Source: Octopus bimaculoides (taxonomy: Eukaryota). From it: a DNA stretch of 64,000 nt. Made by a program: the position numbers and the translations under genes. Every line of letters begins with the position of its first letter. Within the stretch, counting starts at the first letter, position 1. Shown here piece by piece: positions 26,845 through 39,905 of the stretch. The stretch covers positions 18,291,833 through 18,355,832 of the forward strand of contig NC_068999.1 of the NCBI RefSeq assembly GCF_001194135.2, in the 5' to 3' direction. The notes under the pieces were generated by a model. The model was not told the DNA's origin. It was given only the letters and a program-made list of their open reading frames with translations, and searched no databases.

Positions 26845-28290
26845 CATCTCGCCACCTGGAGAGGCAAGATGATACCTCCCAACAGCGTCGTAGGGCGTTG
26901 GGCGGAGGAGGGGGCCAGTTAAAATGCTAGGGGTTTGGTTTGGCCCAGACCTCCAGACAGAGAATACTTGGAGAGGGGTGACGAGCAGGGTGACCCACCT
27001 AACTCAGACTTTGTCTAAGTGCCGGCTATCGCTGAAAGGGTGGAGGTCGCAAGAGTGTTTATTGCTTCTGTGATTTCCTACCACATAACCGCCGTGCATT
27101 GCCCCCGTTCGTGTCTGATCAAGTTGGAGCGGGTGCTCTTCCGCTTTTTCTGGAGGTGTTGACGTCCTCTTGTAAAGCGGTCTGACTGCTGCCCTCACCC
27201 TCTAAAGAGTGGTCTAGGAATGCCTTCTTTTTTGATACCCAGACATGCACTGAGGCTGAGGTATCTGTGGATCTACCCGGATGGTGAATAGGTGTGCTTT
27301 CCGTTCGTTCGGTCGTTAGTTCCGGAGCTTACGTATTTGATTGATCTGGGACCTTGAATCAAATGTAGACCAAGGTTGGGTGCTTGGCAAGTGGACTGTC
27401 CTGTCTGTCACACGGGCAATGCCAGCGGCGGGGTTTCCACCTGGTCTTTCTGTAGAGGGTTGGTAGAAGCTAAGTTTGACAACCTTCTGGGAGAGACTCC
27501 AGGTTTCAATGAGCGATATTCAGGCCAGGACCCTTGGAAAACTTCCAGGGATCCCTGGCTTGGCAGTGTTACCAAGGAGCCTTACCTTTTCGCGATAAAC
27601 TCGCAAAGCATAGTGCCCTTTGCGCACCTACGTGTCCAAGATGCGCGTAGGACAGGACAACTAATCTGCAAGCAATTGTGCAATGCCCTCAAAATCTCTG
27701 AGATGTGGGTTTACGTTGAACAACTACTGTCACGGATGGGAAGATTACAGCTGTCTTCCGAGTCGATTGTAAAGATTTTCCCTCCTACCTCTTTTAACAA
27801 AGAAGGTAAGGCTTGTTTTCTCGCTGTGTTCGCTATAGCAATAAAAGCCGTATGGAAAACCCGCGTGAAAGGAATCGTAACAGGCACATTCATCTCCAGC
27901 CTTGGACTTGTCAATTACAGGCCCGAAAGAAAATCGCATCTCTACCTCCTGCAATGGCACACAGTACAATAGGCAGTATGGAGGAGCGCGGCAAGCAGGC
28001 TGGCAAGGACGCACAAGTGGACGTACAGAAGAATTGAAGACTGTAAGCCAGAAAAAAAAGTGAAAAAACGTGTAGAACGAAAGGTATTAATGTTAACCCC
28101 TATCTTACTTCACCCTGTACCTATCCCACTCTTCCCTACATCCTGCAGATACCAACCCTTACCTTACCCCACTAGACACTGATACTATAGATACACAGGA
28201 GCATCACATTTCCAAACTCCCACAATGGCAATTTTTTTTTTTTTTTGTTACACTGAGTTACTCGATCAGTTGAGCGAGGAAATAAAGAAT
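26845..28290 (+). mobile_element. 5'-truncated L1/Tx1-like LINE, RT C-terminus plus 3' region
   Basis: MLGVWFGPDLQTENTW, RLSLKG...VARVFIASVISYH, ALKISEMWVYVEQLLSRMGR and AIKAVWKTRVK. The block is GC-richer than its flanks, with AATAAA at 28281. Confidence 0.7.
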
Positions 28291-28309
28291 CTGTACCAGT
28301 GAGTGGTCA

Positions 28310-28500
28310 GCTCTAAAATGGTTTAAACGATTTTGCAGTGGACTCTGAGCCTTGAAAAATGTGAAGGGTATTGGTCGCCCATCTGCCATCGATGACGGTC
28401 AATTAATGACCGCCATTTAGAAAGATCCACGTAAAAGTACTAGAGAACTAGAAAATGAAATTCAAGTTAGCTGGAAGTACGTTGAAAGAGCTCATCAGCT
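28310..28500 (+). mobile_element. mariner N-terminal (HTH) fragment
   Basis: ALKWFKRFCSG, GRPSAIDDGQL and KDPRKSTRELENEIQVS. Confidence 0.7.
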
Positions 28501-30714
28501 CCAAAAGTCCTGATTTGTAAGTCGTCAGCAAAAATGTATTAGATGTAATGATACTTACTTTGATGAATAAAATTTAGGCATCGTTAAAATATATTGTGAG
28601 GAACTCCATGTTTTCAAACGTTGCTTACTTTCTGATACACTATTTCAAAAAGACAAATGCAACCATTTACGTGTTGCTGTTGTTATCTTAGTTTCTCTGC
28701 AAATTATTATTAAATACAANNNNNNNNNNNNNNNNNNNNNNNNNNNNNNNNNNNNNACGCACACACACATACACACACACACACACACCCACACACACAC
28801 ACACACGCACACATATGTATATATATCGAAGAACTGCATCGTACACAGTGCACCACTTTGTGGACAGCAGCAGTGTCTTCTTATCAATAACAAAAATGAC
28901 GTCGAGATTTGAGCCCTCATTAAAACTTAATAGATCAGATTTTTCTGTCTGTTTCAAACCTTGGCAAATTCTGGGTGGTTATGATGAAAATATTCAGTAA
29001 TCAACATCTTGTTAAACCTGAGAAAAAGTGATATTCACTTTTGGTTATTTACGTAGTACGCTCAAAGAACGTTAAGTTGCATCAACATCGACCTGGATCT
29101 ATGTTATAACTCTGATTATGTAATCATAACATTTGGGAACTTATGCAGACAGATGTGTTACTTTACGGTAGTCGGGGATCATGATTTTCTTCGAAAAGTA
29201 AAGGACACGTATTTTCAGTTCTTCAATCTATAGGCAACACATTTAACGATTACCAGGCTGCATACTCTGTCACTGATGTTATGTAATACATATTGTTTGA
29301 ATGCGTAAAGTCAATTTATTTTAATATTTTGGGAAAAGTGAATGGTGGTAGTTACGTTGAAGTTTCAGGCAGAGAAATTCGTTTTAAAGATTTCGACTAT
29401 TTCGAATACTCTTGTCTCATAACTATTGTTTCTGTCTTGTTATCTTAGGGTATGTACACTGCATTAATATTTCTTGGGAGGCTGGCATGTCGTCATCTGT
29501 AGCATTTGGACTTCTTCACATTATTACATATTATCTTATTTGCAACAGTGCGTTATATATACTTTCGCGTACTTATTTTTGTGTATTTGCCAGCTGATAG
29601 GAAATTCTTTTACTGGATTATGGAATTAGGTATCATAGTGAGGAAACTTGTTATCTCCGTTTACTTGAGTATATTTGAAAATGCGCGGCTGCTCGATTAA
29701 TATGAATCCGTGCAGTATAGATTAAGTAATTTCGCTAGCTGTCGACGCATATATCGTTGACTTCTTGTTCAGCTGCTATGGAATATTATTGAGTTCCGGC
29801 TTCAATAGAAGCTAAAGTCGTGTTACACATGAAACATGGTGCCCGGAAATTGTTGATGTTAACACTGCTACCACCATTTTTGTTATTCCTTCAGTTAACC
29901 ATATTATAATTATTGGTATTTCTTCTTAAAGCACTGCCGAAATAAATATAAAATTTGAAGGCTGACATCCATTGGTTAGGGCGACGGGTGTTCAAATTGA
30001 ACTGATCAACGGAACGACATGCTCGTGAAGTTAATGTGTAAGTGGCCGAGCCCTCTACAGACAATAGTACACTTACCATAGTTCTCAGGAAGATTAAGTG
30101 GAACACAGAATATGAGAATGTTCGTTATTTAAATTTCAGGTACAGATCATTTTGACAGTTGAAAGGATTCCAGGGACGTGAAATTGAGTGTCTTGCTTCA
30201 GAAACAACGCAATGTCAGGACTGGAAATCATGATCTTTCGGTTGTAAGCTGAATGTCCAAACCACTAACTCACGCGCTTTCACAAAACTGCAATCACTGG
30301 CTTCTTTACATCTTCAGCTACCATGCGGCACCCTATTTTCAAAAGTTTATTATTAAATTCGTTAAACAATGTCCTATGCACAATGATTCAAGAATTTTTG
30401 TTATTTGTTATTCATTTGCAGCTCATGTTCAATAACTCCATAAATGCATCCAGATTCATCACAATCATATCCCAGCGAGGCTTGAAAATGCACTGGATAA
30501 TGTTAAACCTTTATCTAATAAAGTGCTATATTTATTAATTTAATTCACCTCCGATGAGCGCAAAACTAATCGAAGACAAAATAAGATAGACAAAGTTGTA
30601 TTTTCCTTCACATGTAAATTTTCCCGTTAATCGTTCATTGGCAAGTGATCGTTTTCTAATTGCAAATTTATCGATTTCATATTGTGTAAATTTTTTCCAA
30701 ATTATTGTTGTTTA

Positions 30715-30925
30715 AAAGGGTGGTAAAATATTTATCATGCCGGATGAAATGCTTACCGGCATTTTTCCGGTCTTTGCATCCTGTGTTCAAATTCCACCGA
30801 TGTGAACTTTGCTTTTCAAGTACTAGTCAAGCACTGCAGTCGGTGAAATCGGTGAAATCGACTATTCCAGCCACACAGATTTTCAGACATTGTATTTGTG
30901 CCTACAGTTGAAAGGGATATTATCA
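30715..30925 (+). mobile_element. Degenerate, internally deleted tRNA-derived SINE
   Basis: gaaatgctta..., gtgttcaaattccaccgatgtgaactttgc and aagtactagtcaagcactg match the copy at 32502-32682. Confidence 0.5.
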
Positions 30926-31177
30926 ATGTTATTTTTCTCGTTATCATTGATGTCTTTTGCTATTAATAATTATGTTCGCATATATATATATACATTACTT
31001 TTCTATGTGTACGACGTGCCAGCCACATGTTAGACGACGAAATGATTGCAGAACAATGAGAAATGGAAAGTTTTGCTGAACAACATAACACCACACCCGC
31101 TCTTAAAATGGAAAGCACGATCTAGCAATCTTGAATGCACCACCCTAAGCTACTTAGCCATATGCCTTCAGAAACAC

Positions 31178-31214
<37 letters not shown>

Positions 31215-32501
31215 NNNNNNNNNNTATATTGAAGCTTATTTTATAATTGAGTTATAGAAAAAACAAATTACATTAAAAAGTCTCACTTAAAAGTTATCAT
31301 TGTTTATACGTTTCTTATATAGTTACACATCGGGGCTTCAGCCAACAAACAGTCATCGGCGTCTCTGATAAAAGATACTTGCTGAGCCTTCACTGCCACT
31401 ATCAACACTCGTAACGTTATGAAGATAAGATGACTTATTGAATGACATTTTTACTGAAAGCAATACAGAAGTGAAAATAAGTTTTCTATACTGTCAGATG
31501 TCTTTGAAATTCTACATATAGGTTGATAAGTACTTCGTATAATATACCAAGTTGTCCTGTACATTTTCATGCTATTTTCTATGCCTGAAATACTGATTGG
31601 TGATTGAAGGGGAAGAGCATTTCCGACTACAAAAAGCATTTCGTATTGTTTCTATGTATTTCGTATCTGCTACAATCGGGATCAATGCAAATGGGTGAAT
31701 AGCATTCAGTGAAAGAGCATTCGGCTTTGAAGAATATCCATGCTGGTTTAAAATCTCCAATGTTGCTACTGACACTAATCGCAACAAGTAGACGATTGTT
31801 ATCGCAACAAGAAACAACTCACAATTCCGGCTAATAGTGCGTAACTACATTGTACCCGCAAGGCATTGCAGTACATTCTCGAATCAATTGCGAGTCAGAA
31901 AATGTGTGTAGCATGTGTAATTCTGACGTTGATACCCAGTTTAAAAGAGTGTGATGGGCAAGTCAAGTTTAACAAGTAGGAAGTTTTGAATTGAAAGAAT
32001 AAATGGGCTTTTTATCAATCTGGTGGCAGGCCATGGAATGTGGGCGTATCTAAAAGATGCGGAATCGAAAGCTGACTACATGGATGGGCATTATACATAT
32101 TTTCCAAGGCATAAAAAATTTCACGGACAGCAAATGGCACTGAAATTTATGATGGTTAATTTTGATTGAAAAGGTCAAATTAATCTAGATTTTTCTTCAA
32201 TATAGCTAAAACACGTGCAACGATCTGTGCAATGTGTCCCTGAAAAAGCTGAAAATTGCCATCAGGTGTTAAAAACTGGTTACCGAACTGAAAGAAACCG
32301 TATTCACCATCAAATGTGACACAGCTTTGAAGAGAACAAAAAAACCCCAGCAAAATGGCAAGGGCTGTGACAAGGACTCTATACGGCTACGTTCGAGAAT
32401 TTACATTGGGCTTTCAGAAATGAGCAAATTCACTGACCTAGAGAATCTTACTTCGAAAGGTATTAAATGTTTAGTCGTTAATTAAGATATATGTGTGTCT
32501 T

Positions 32502-32682
32502 AAGGCGGGAAGCTGACAGAATCGTTAGAAGGTGGGGCGAAATGCTTAGCTGTATTTCGTCTCACTGTACTTTCTGAGTTCATATTCCACCGAGGTCGAC
32601 TTTGCCTTTCATCCTTTCGGGGTCGATGAAATAAGTACCAGTCACACACTGGGGCCGTTCTAATCAACTGGTCCCCCAAAAA
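32502..32682 (+). mobile_element. tRNA-derived SINE
   Basis: A-box-like tgacagaatcg (32514) and B-box-like gagttcatattcc (32576-32588), then the central segment gcctttcatcctttcggggtcgatgaaataagtaccag. It ends in a (TG)n tract. Confidence 0.75.
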
Positions 32683-33420
32683 GTGTGTGTGTGTGTGTGT
32701 GTGTGTTTATTTGTGTATATATATGTATATATTGAATGAGATATACATGATATACAGAGAGAGAGAGAAACAGACAGACAGAGACGGAGTGAGAAAGACA
32801 GAGGGAGAAAAAGAGGATTAAGTTCTTTTCAACATGTATGAAAGATAACACTTCTCTCGATGTAACTTATTTCATTTCTCTGTTTTCATATAATCCTATT
32901 TGTGCTTAGAGTAAAATTTATCGCAACATTGCTAGTAATCAATCTAATTTGCTTGACATTCACAAGCTGAATTTTTACTCATTTTCTTACCCAAATGTTA
33001 TTCAGATTCTTCAATAGAATATAATGTAAATATCATGGAAAAATGCATTTAGTTTTTCACAAATTTTGGTCATTATTTGAAACAACATTCTCAAATTAGT
33101 ACATTTAGCATACTCGCAGGTATTTTGGATTCACACAGCCTGTGTATTAATTTGTTTCATACGTACTTTGTTCTCTAATTACGCATTTAACTTGCACTTA
33201 GTTCATTATGAATATAGTAATATCACTTAGCGTCTATTTTTGTTTTGCATCAGTCTATAATATCAAAATGTCATATTATCATAGACTTATACATCTCACA
33301 GTATAATCCAAATTCTGATCTAGATAGCAAAGCATCACAAATCATTTGGATCGAAATTATTACATTAATCACACGAGTTGTCTATATAGAGAACAAATTT
33401 ATTCACTGAAATTTTATATA

Positions 33421-34601
33421 TATAGGATGCGTATTTTTTTTCCTTTTTTATAAGAGCTCTAATTTTCTTCTAACCTATTTCTGTCTTCAGATAAATAATG
33501 TCAGACGTTATCTTGACTCAACAAACAAAATAACACGCTGTGATCATTGCCTTAAAAGAGTTGCATAGTGCTACAGAGATAGGTCGATCCTGAAATCTGT
33601 GCGATCCTTCATTGAAAAAGTTCGAAAAGAATCGGATGCTGACGGACATCAAACATCAGCATCTAAATGCAAAACAAATGCAAAGGGCTCTGATACCATC
33701 AGCATACATGAGTCTGTAGGAAACATTCAACTAGTCGATTAAACAATCGAAACCTCGAAAAGGAATGTTGTGAAAGACCTAAAGGTTTCAGAATGCACCC
33801 TGAGAAGAGTTGTGCTTGAAAACATCCGGTATAAGTCGTGTGTGAGGCAGAGGATTCAGTTTACGGTCGATGTGACAAGAAATCTGTCAAATCTGTTAAT
33901 CAAGTTAAAACACCAAGGGGTTGGAAATCTTTGGCTTTACAAAGACCAAAAGTTAAACCAAACGAACGACAGATTCTTATACAATGGTCCAAAAGAGGTC
34001 CCAACGGTCATGCAATCTAAGTTTCCAGCAACCGTGGTGATTTTGCGAGCCGTTACTAAGGAGAGAGACGTCTGTGATGATTACTCACTTGTTATCCCAG
34101 GGTTCAAAGTGGAATGGCGCTGTCTACACAGAGGTATTCGAGAAAGTTGCGTGGATAGAGAGTACGCAACTGAAGACCATACGTCTTCCAAGAAAACATT
34201 GCACCATCTCATAAGCTCTAGAGTGAATGCATGCCAATCTTCTTGATCATATCCTTCCAGACAAATAGTCCCCTTGCTCACCAGTCCTCATCCATTGGCC
34301 TTCTACGCAAGAGGTTTAGTTGAGAGAAGACAATCAACGCTTCAATAATTTCAATCACTTTCTCAAGTCTGCCATAACCAGCAATATGTTGTAAATTGAT
34401 AAAGATCATCTGATTCTGGCATGTTAAAATTTCCAATACCGTATCGAAGTAGCCTTTGATGCTAACAATTGATTCCTTGGATAAGCATAGTAAAAGGATC
34501 CTCAAAATTATGTGTACCCATGTCTCCATACAGATTTGGTGATTTGTCTCTATTTTCTAAATTCATACAACTGACCTAAAAATGTGATGACCCCTGTAAA
34601 T
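33421..34601 (+). mobile_element. Decayed Tc1/mariner-superfamily element, DD37D/maT-like
   Basis: ATG at 33498; DLKVSECTLRRVVLENIRYKS, KDQKLNQTNDRFL..PKEVPTVMQSKFPATV, PYVFQENIAPSH and PLAFYARGLVER (SPDLNPLDY homolog). The end gatgacccctgta near 34600 weakly mirrors tataggatg at 33421. Subfamily is tentative. Confidence 0.75.
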
Positions 34602-35688
34602 ACTAAAGAAATTTTAGAGACGTTGGTTATCCTAGTGTAATTGGGTAACATATTGTTACAGAAGGGAGATATTTTGGGATATACATACGCACATTTTCAT
34701 ATCGACTTACTATTTAAATAGTAAGCTTATGATATTAAGCTCCAAAATTCACCTAGGTTTTGTTTTGTATTTAAAGTTGATAACTGACGTTAGAATGTTT
34801 GTAAAACTTCTCGAATTAAACATATTTGTCAATATTGCCCTCTCTTGAAGAAGCGATTTTGCTAAATTGTTTTTAGCCTCTTCATTCTGCGAATGCTTGC
34901 TACTTTCTTACGTATCTATTTCGGCAATGTTTTCACAAACAATTACCTGCAACTCACGGGGCATGATCCGAATTGCTCCGTATAAAGAATGTAGAGTCAA
35001 TTCAAAGCAATGCGAAGGAATAAGTATTACATTTCGCAGAATAATCGACTTTGTCTTAACATAAGAAATTCTGGTGCTACTGGCTTGTATTTTTCGATCA
35101 TCTTTTAACCGAGTCCTGTAATACTGTCTACACCAAATGATATATTCCGTTAAAACCAATCAGATTATGAATCTGTGAACTAAATATATAATTATTAATG
35201 CAGAAAAATGAGCAAAATTCTAAAGATATATAGATAATATAACAAGGTATGTAAATGAGTTAATTGCAGTAATATTGTATCTTTGAATGTGAATGTGCGT
35301 TACTTTGCAAAAAAAGAAATAAATCAAATTGTGTTTTAGAAATTGGACTTAATTAGGTTGACGTGTTTCAAGAAAAATAATATTACGTAGTAAAAGATTT
35401 CTTGGAAGATAAATTATACATGGAACATAAGATACTACGCACCAACAAATGATATATACACATATATATGTATTGTTTGTGTATATGTATGGAAATATAC
35501 ATGTATACATATACATACCTACATATATATATATATATNNNNNNNNNNTAGAAACCAATGTAGCAAAGAACACAACATAACTGCGGTTTAGTTCCTGTTT
35601 TTAAGGCAGGAACTCCAATGGCGATAGGTAGTTTCACTACATATATATATACCCGATATCCAGCAACAAGCAACAAAAAACATCCTCA

Positions 35689-36420
35689 TTGATATCGCTG
35701 TCTGACCTAATTCCACCCAACACTACCGTGGCAAGCCAGGACTTACTATTGCAACAACAGCCAACTACTGCTACTACACTGGAATCCCTTTGTATGGCAC
35801 CACTATCTGACCTGATTCAACCCAGCCCTACTGTTGCAAGACAAGTTTCACTACTGCTTCAGCAAGAACAACAACAACAGTCTGCTACTGATACTACAAT
35901 AGGACAACTGACCAATGAGCCTGCCAATATAGAAAAACCTCTACTATGCCCACGTAAAAAAAACCCCGTTGTTGCCATTCTTAAGGTAACTGTAGATTTA
36001 GCCCCATCGGCATCAACACGGGATACTATGCTTTTTTCCACCCTACTTTATGCCATAGATTTGTTAAGGGTATTTGTCCATATGGTATAACGGAAAAAAA
36101 TGCCCTCACCTCCACCCCAAATACTGCCCTAAATATAGAGTCCATGGCCCTGGACCTAAATATGGATGCACAAAAGGCAATGAATGCACCTTCTTCCATC
36201 CTAAACTATGCCAAACTTCTGTGTCACTAAGGATGTGCTTGAACCTAGAATGCAACCAACGTCTGAAGGGCACAAAACAATCAAATAAACAAATACAAAA
36301 TACAACCACATTTCACCTCCTACAACCAAACAACGAAGACAGGACTATGGAAAAATCATAACACCAAATAACATGAACTATGTATCATCTGACCAAGTGG
36401 CAAACATGCGTTTTCTCCAA
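35689..36420 (+). pseudogene. Frameshifted ORF relic with tandem CCCH-type zinc fingers, probably ORF1 of a non-LTR retrotransposon
   Basis: Joining frames gives C-RFVKGICPYG...KKCPHLHPK-YCPKY...GCTKGNECTFFHPK-LCQTS...CLNLEC. It is preceded by a duplicated low-complexity segment (LSDLIPPNTTVASQ..LLQQQ / LSDLIQPSPTVARQ..LLQQE) and ends at a (TA)n tract and N gap. Confidence 0.5.
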
Positions 36421-38689
36421 TCCCTAAATTCTTATATATATATATAAATATNNNNNNNNNNNNNNNNNNNNNNNNNNNNNNNNNNNNNNNNNNNNNNNNN
36501 NNNNNNNNNNNNNNNNNNNNNNNNNNNNNNNNNNNNNNNNNNNNNNNNNNNNNNNNNNNNNNNNNNNNNNNNNNNNNNNNNNNNNNTATATATATATATA
36601 TATTATATGTATAAATGTCTACACATATACATAAATATATAAGTACGTGCCTTTACATACATATGTATAAGCGTATATGTACTATATATACGTGTGTATA
36701 TGTATATAGATCGAAAGAGGTGGTAATCCGCTGGTGCCAAATCAGGAGAATACATCCCGATCTTTCATGTGCTCTATGTAGTTATGCAACACTATACAGT
36801 TCTTCTGGTCATATCATATCTGATTTGTGGGCGGTTGTGACGCAATAGTGTGCTAAGAATTTGATCATGGATTTGCCTCTCATTTTGTGTGAAAGGCAAC
36901 GAACCATTTCACATCATAATTGTATCAGTATCTGTTCAAACCTTGCAAATAGGTTTTTCCAGTATATGGCCAAGGTATCTCAACATGTGAAGTGCAATTT
37001 ACTGATCTGTGAAAAAACAAAAACAACAGTTATTAGAAATAATTCCTTTTAACTGTTATAAATATAGTGTGTATATGCTTATACGATTATGAACGTCTAC
37101 ACCTCGAATGAAATTAATACATGGAAAATAATGATTTATACAGTTATTTCTAGATATCTATGTAAATATTGTGGTGTATTCTTTTACATTTAATTAAATT
37201 CTATATCTCTTTCCTAGTTACTGTAACTCAAGAGTTATTGCAGCCTTGAATATGTCTAATTTCACGCTTTTCGTTTGATAAATATCCAATAGATTTCCCT
37301 AACAAAGATCGATATCGAATTTTCCGATCGCTTCTTCAAAGATTGCGTGAAATGTAATGAATATCTGTTTGAATAAATACAGTCCTAAGCTTGAACTTTT
37401 AGTGGTGCTTCTCATAAATATATTTTGTATTGTAATCACATGTGATTATCAGGTTAAGTTTATCTCTATTGACTTTATATGCTTTTTCAGGCCCTCTATA
37501 TTATAACTATATGTATTTGTTTTGTTACCTCAAGTCATTTTGATACTAATATAAATTTATGTGAATTGAGTCAACATCTAATCAATATCTGTGTTGCAAG
37601 ATTATAACACAATATGATAAGTAGAAACTATTGAGAGTACATGTATCAGCTACTCATGCAAATTCTGGCCGAATTTAGCTAACACATTGAAGCTGTTAGT
37701 AGGAGAATTAGTTAAATTTATGTTCTACACCTCGCTATACGTGGCGTATATAGGGACTTCATATCAGCCGGCAGATATAAGCAGCGATCAGCAAACACAT
37801 TTTTCCATGATATTTCAAACATACGCTGCAACGACAGACCTAAAGGTCCATGGTTCTTCTGTCTGATGATGAGATAAACACGTCGAAAATAACGGTGTAC
37901 CATGATGTTATGCGCCTGTAAGTTGAGTAAATTAAACGAATTATCTTCGTAATAGAGAGAATGTTTGGCACTTGACAGCGATTTCCAATTTTTTTGCCTG
38001 AAGCTTCCTAGATGTATTCACGATAAATAAGCAAATATTTGTATCACATCGCACTGTATACGACAGAAAGAACGATTTTAGTTCTTTAGAATTAAAATTT
38101 TAGAAATTTTTACCTAGTTGAAGTCAAATTTTAAAAATTTTACATAGTTTTACAAATGTTTATAAGTACACGTTTTAAATGCCTTGCTTTAGAATGTATA
38201 CATAGACACAAACAGTACAAAATAAAATACCGACGTTTGACACCGAATTCAAGAAATATATTAATGGCATTGCCTACCAACTCTATCTCCATAAAACACG
38301 ATAGTTAAAGTTTTCCGTATTAATCAAATTGCTTGACAATGAAGCTCTAGCGATAAATATACCTACCAACTATCTCTACACCGTTTGTGAAAAAGAAGCA
38401 CGAGATAAACAATTTTTTATGCTAAAAACAAAATGGCATACCAGACTAATAACCTCCATCTTCCAAATACAGATAGGTGAAATACTGTAAATAATATGAA
38501 CGAGTAGTAAAGAAATTTCTGGTTAACTAAAACATACCGCTCACGTTATTTTGTGAATCCATAAAATTTCCACTGCAAACTTTGAGCATTATCATCTACT
38601 TTCTCAAAGTAAAGGATTAAATCCCATAAAGCAAAATTCACAACAATAGCTCAATTCCAAATTTTAACAATATACACCTTTTCCCGCAA

Positions 38690-39905
38690 CTGGTGCTGTG
38701 ATGTGATGTGGTGTTGTGTGGTATGGTGGTGCATGGTGTAGGGGTGAGTGGTGTGGTGTGATGGTGTTGGAAGGGGGGAGGCGACAGTGGGAAAAGCAAG
38801 GATGGGGTGTAGGTTAGGATGAGGATAGGAGTAGAGGTGGCGTATGTAAGTAGGATGATGCTGGGGCTAGAGTGAGGTATAGGGGATTGGATGTAAGGGG
38901 TGGGGTAGGTGGGATGGGATGGATAGGGAACGTGGGGTTGGATTGTGTACAGGTGAGGTGGGGTTACAAGGGAGTGGTGATGATGAAGGGAGAATGGAGA
39001 AGGTGGTTATGAGTGGGTAGGAGTGGGTAGAGAAGAAGGAGTTGGAGCGAGAGGACAAATAGGTGGGAGGAAATAGGTGTGAGGAGAATACTGGTTAGAT
39101 GAAGAGGAGAGGATATTTGAACCCATGTGCTGCAAAGGAGCGAAGAAAGAAGATTAATACATGTTCACAGTGCAAACGGGTGTTCGGGTGGCTCCTGTGC
39201 AAGGAAAATCCGAACACAGACAGGTGTTGCAAAGAGTGACTGGTAGAGCGAAAATGGCGCGAGACCGGTGTGTCATTGCTGAGTTGGGTGTCTCGGAGTT
39301 GTTCCGCGAACCGGTCAGCCAAGCAGTGTCCCGTTTGCCCAATATATAGAGAAGGGCAGAGAAAACAGGAGATGCAGTAGATGACATTGGTAGAAGTGCA
39401 GGTAAAGGAGTCGCTGATGTGATAGGGTCGATGACAGGTGCCGGTGAGGAGTGTGTGTTGAAGAGGTAAGGACAAGTGCACCAGCGTTGGCGGGAGCAGG
39501 AGATCGAGAGGGGTTAGGAGGTTGGATTAGGGAAGTATCTGTGGACCAAGAGGTCTTATAGGTCGTTTGCTCGTTTGAAGGATGGGGGCGGTTAGGGAAG
39601 CTGTGCGAAGTAGAGGTGTCGTAGANNNNNNNNNNNNNNNNNNNNNATCTGTGGACCAAGAGGTCTTATAGGTCGTTTGCTCGTTTGAAGGATGGGGGCG
39701 GTTAGGGAAGCTGTGCGATGTAGAGGTGTCGTAGATAGTGCAGAAGAAGTGGAGGGCAGGATGGAAAGATTTGACAAAAGAGAGGAAGGAATCCAGATGT
39801 TCGCGGGAGAGAGTGGTCGTACCGATAGAGTCGTCACTATAACGGCCGCATAGTTTCGGAGTGGGACCAGTGAAAATTGAGAATATTTGCGCCTCAAAGT
39901 AGCCA
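38690..39905 (-). mobile_element. Penelope-like element, RT remnant + GIY-YIG endonuclease + purine-rich 3' region; same family as 14178-14935
   Basis: FTCTSTNVIYCISCFLCPSLYIGQTGHCLADRFAEQ...PVSRHF (ORF 39095-39481) and YSDD at 39830-39841. Nucleotide identity is clear with 14215-14391 and with 14803-14895. Confidence 0.9.

Noticed and set aside
30077-30249. Minus-strand candidate exon with a strong atg|GTAAGT donor
   Set aside because: All three frames contain stops between the plausible acceptor and the donor. It could only be non-coding, and nothing else supports it.
37861-37895. CTGATGA...GAAA hammerhead-like spacing
   Set aside because: The intervening tgagataaacacgtc cannot form helix II, and no helix I or III is evident.
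39537-39735. 89-bp direct repeat either side of a 21-N gap
   Set aside because: A near-identical duplication straddling a gap is the signature of unmerged overlapping contig ends, not a biological repeat.
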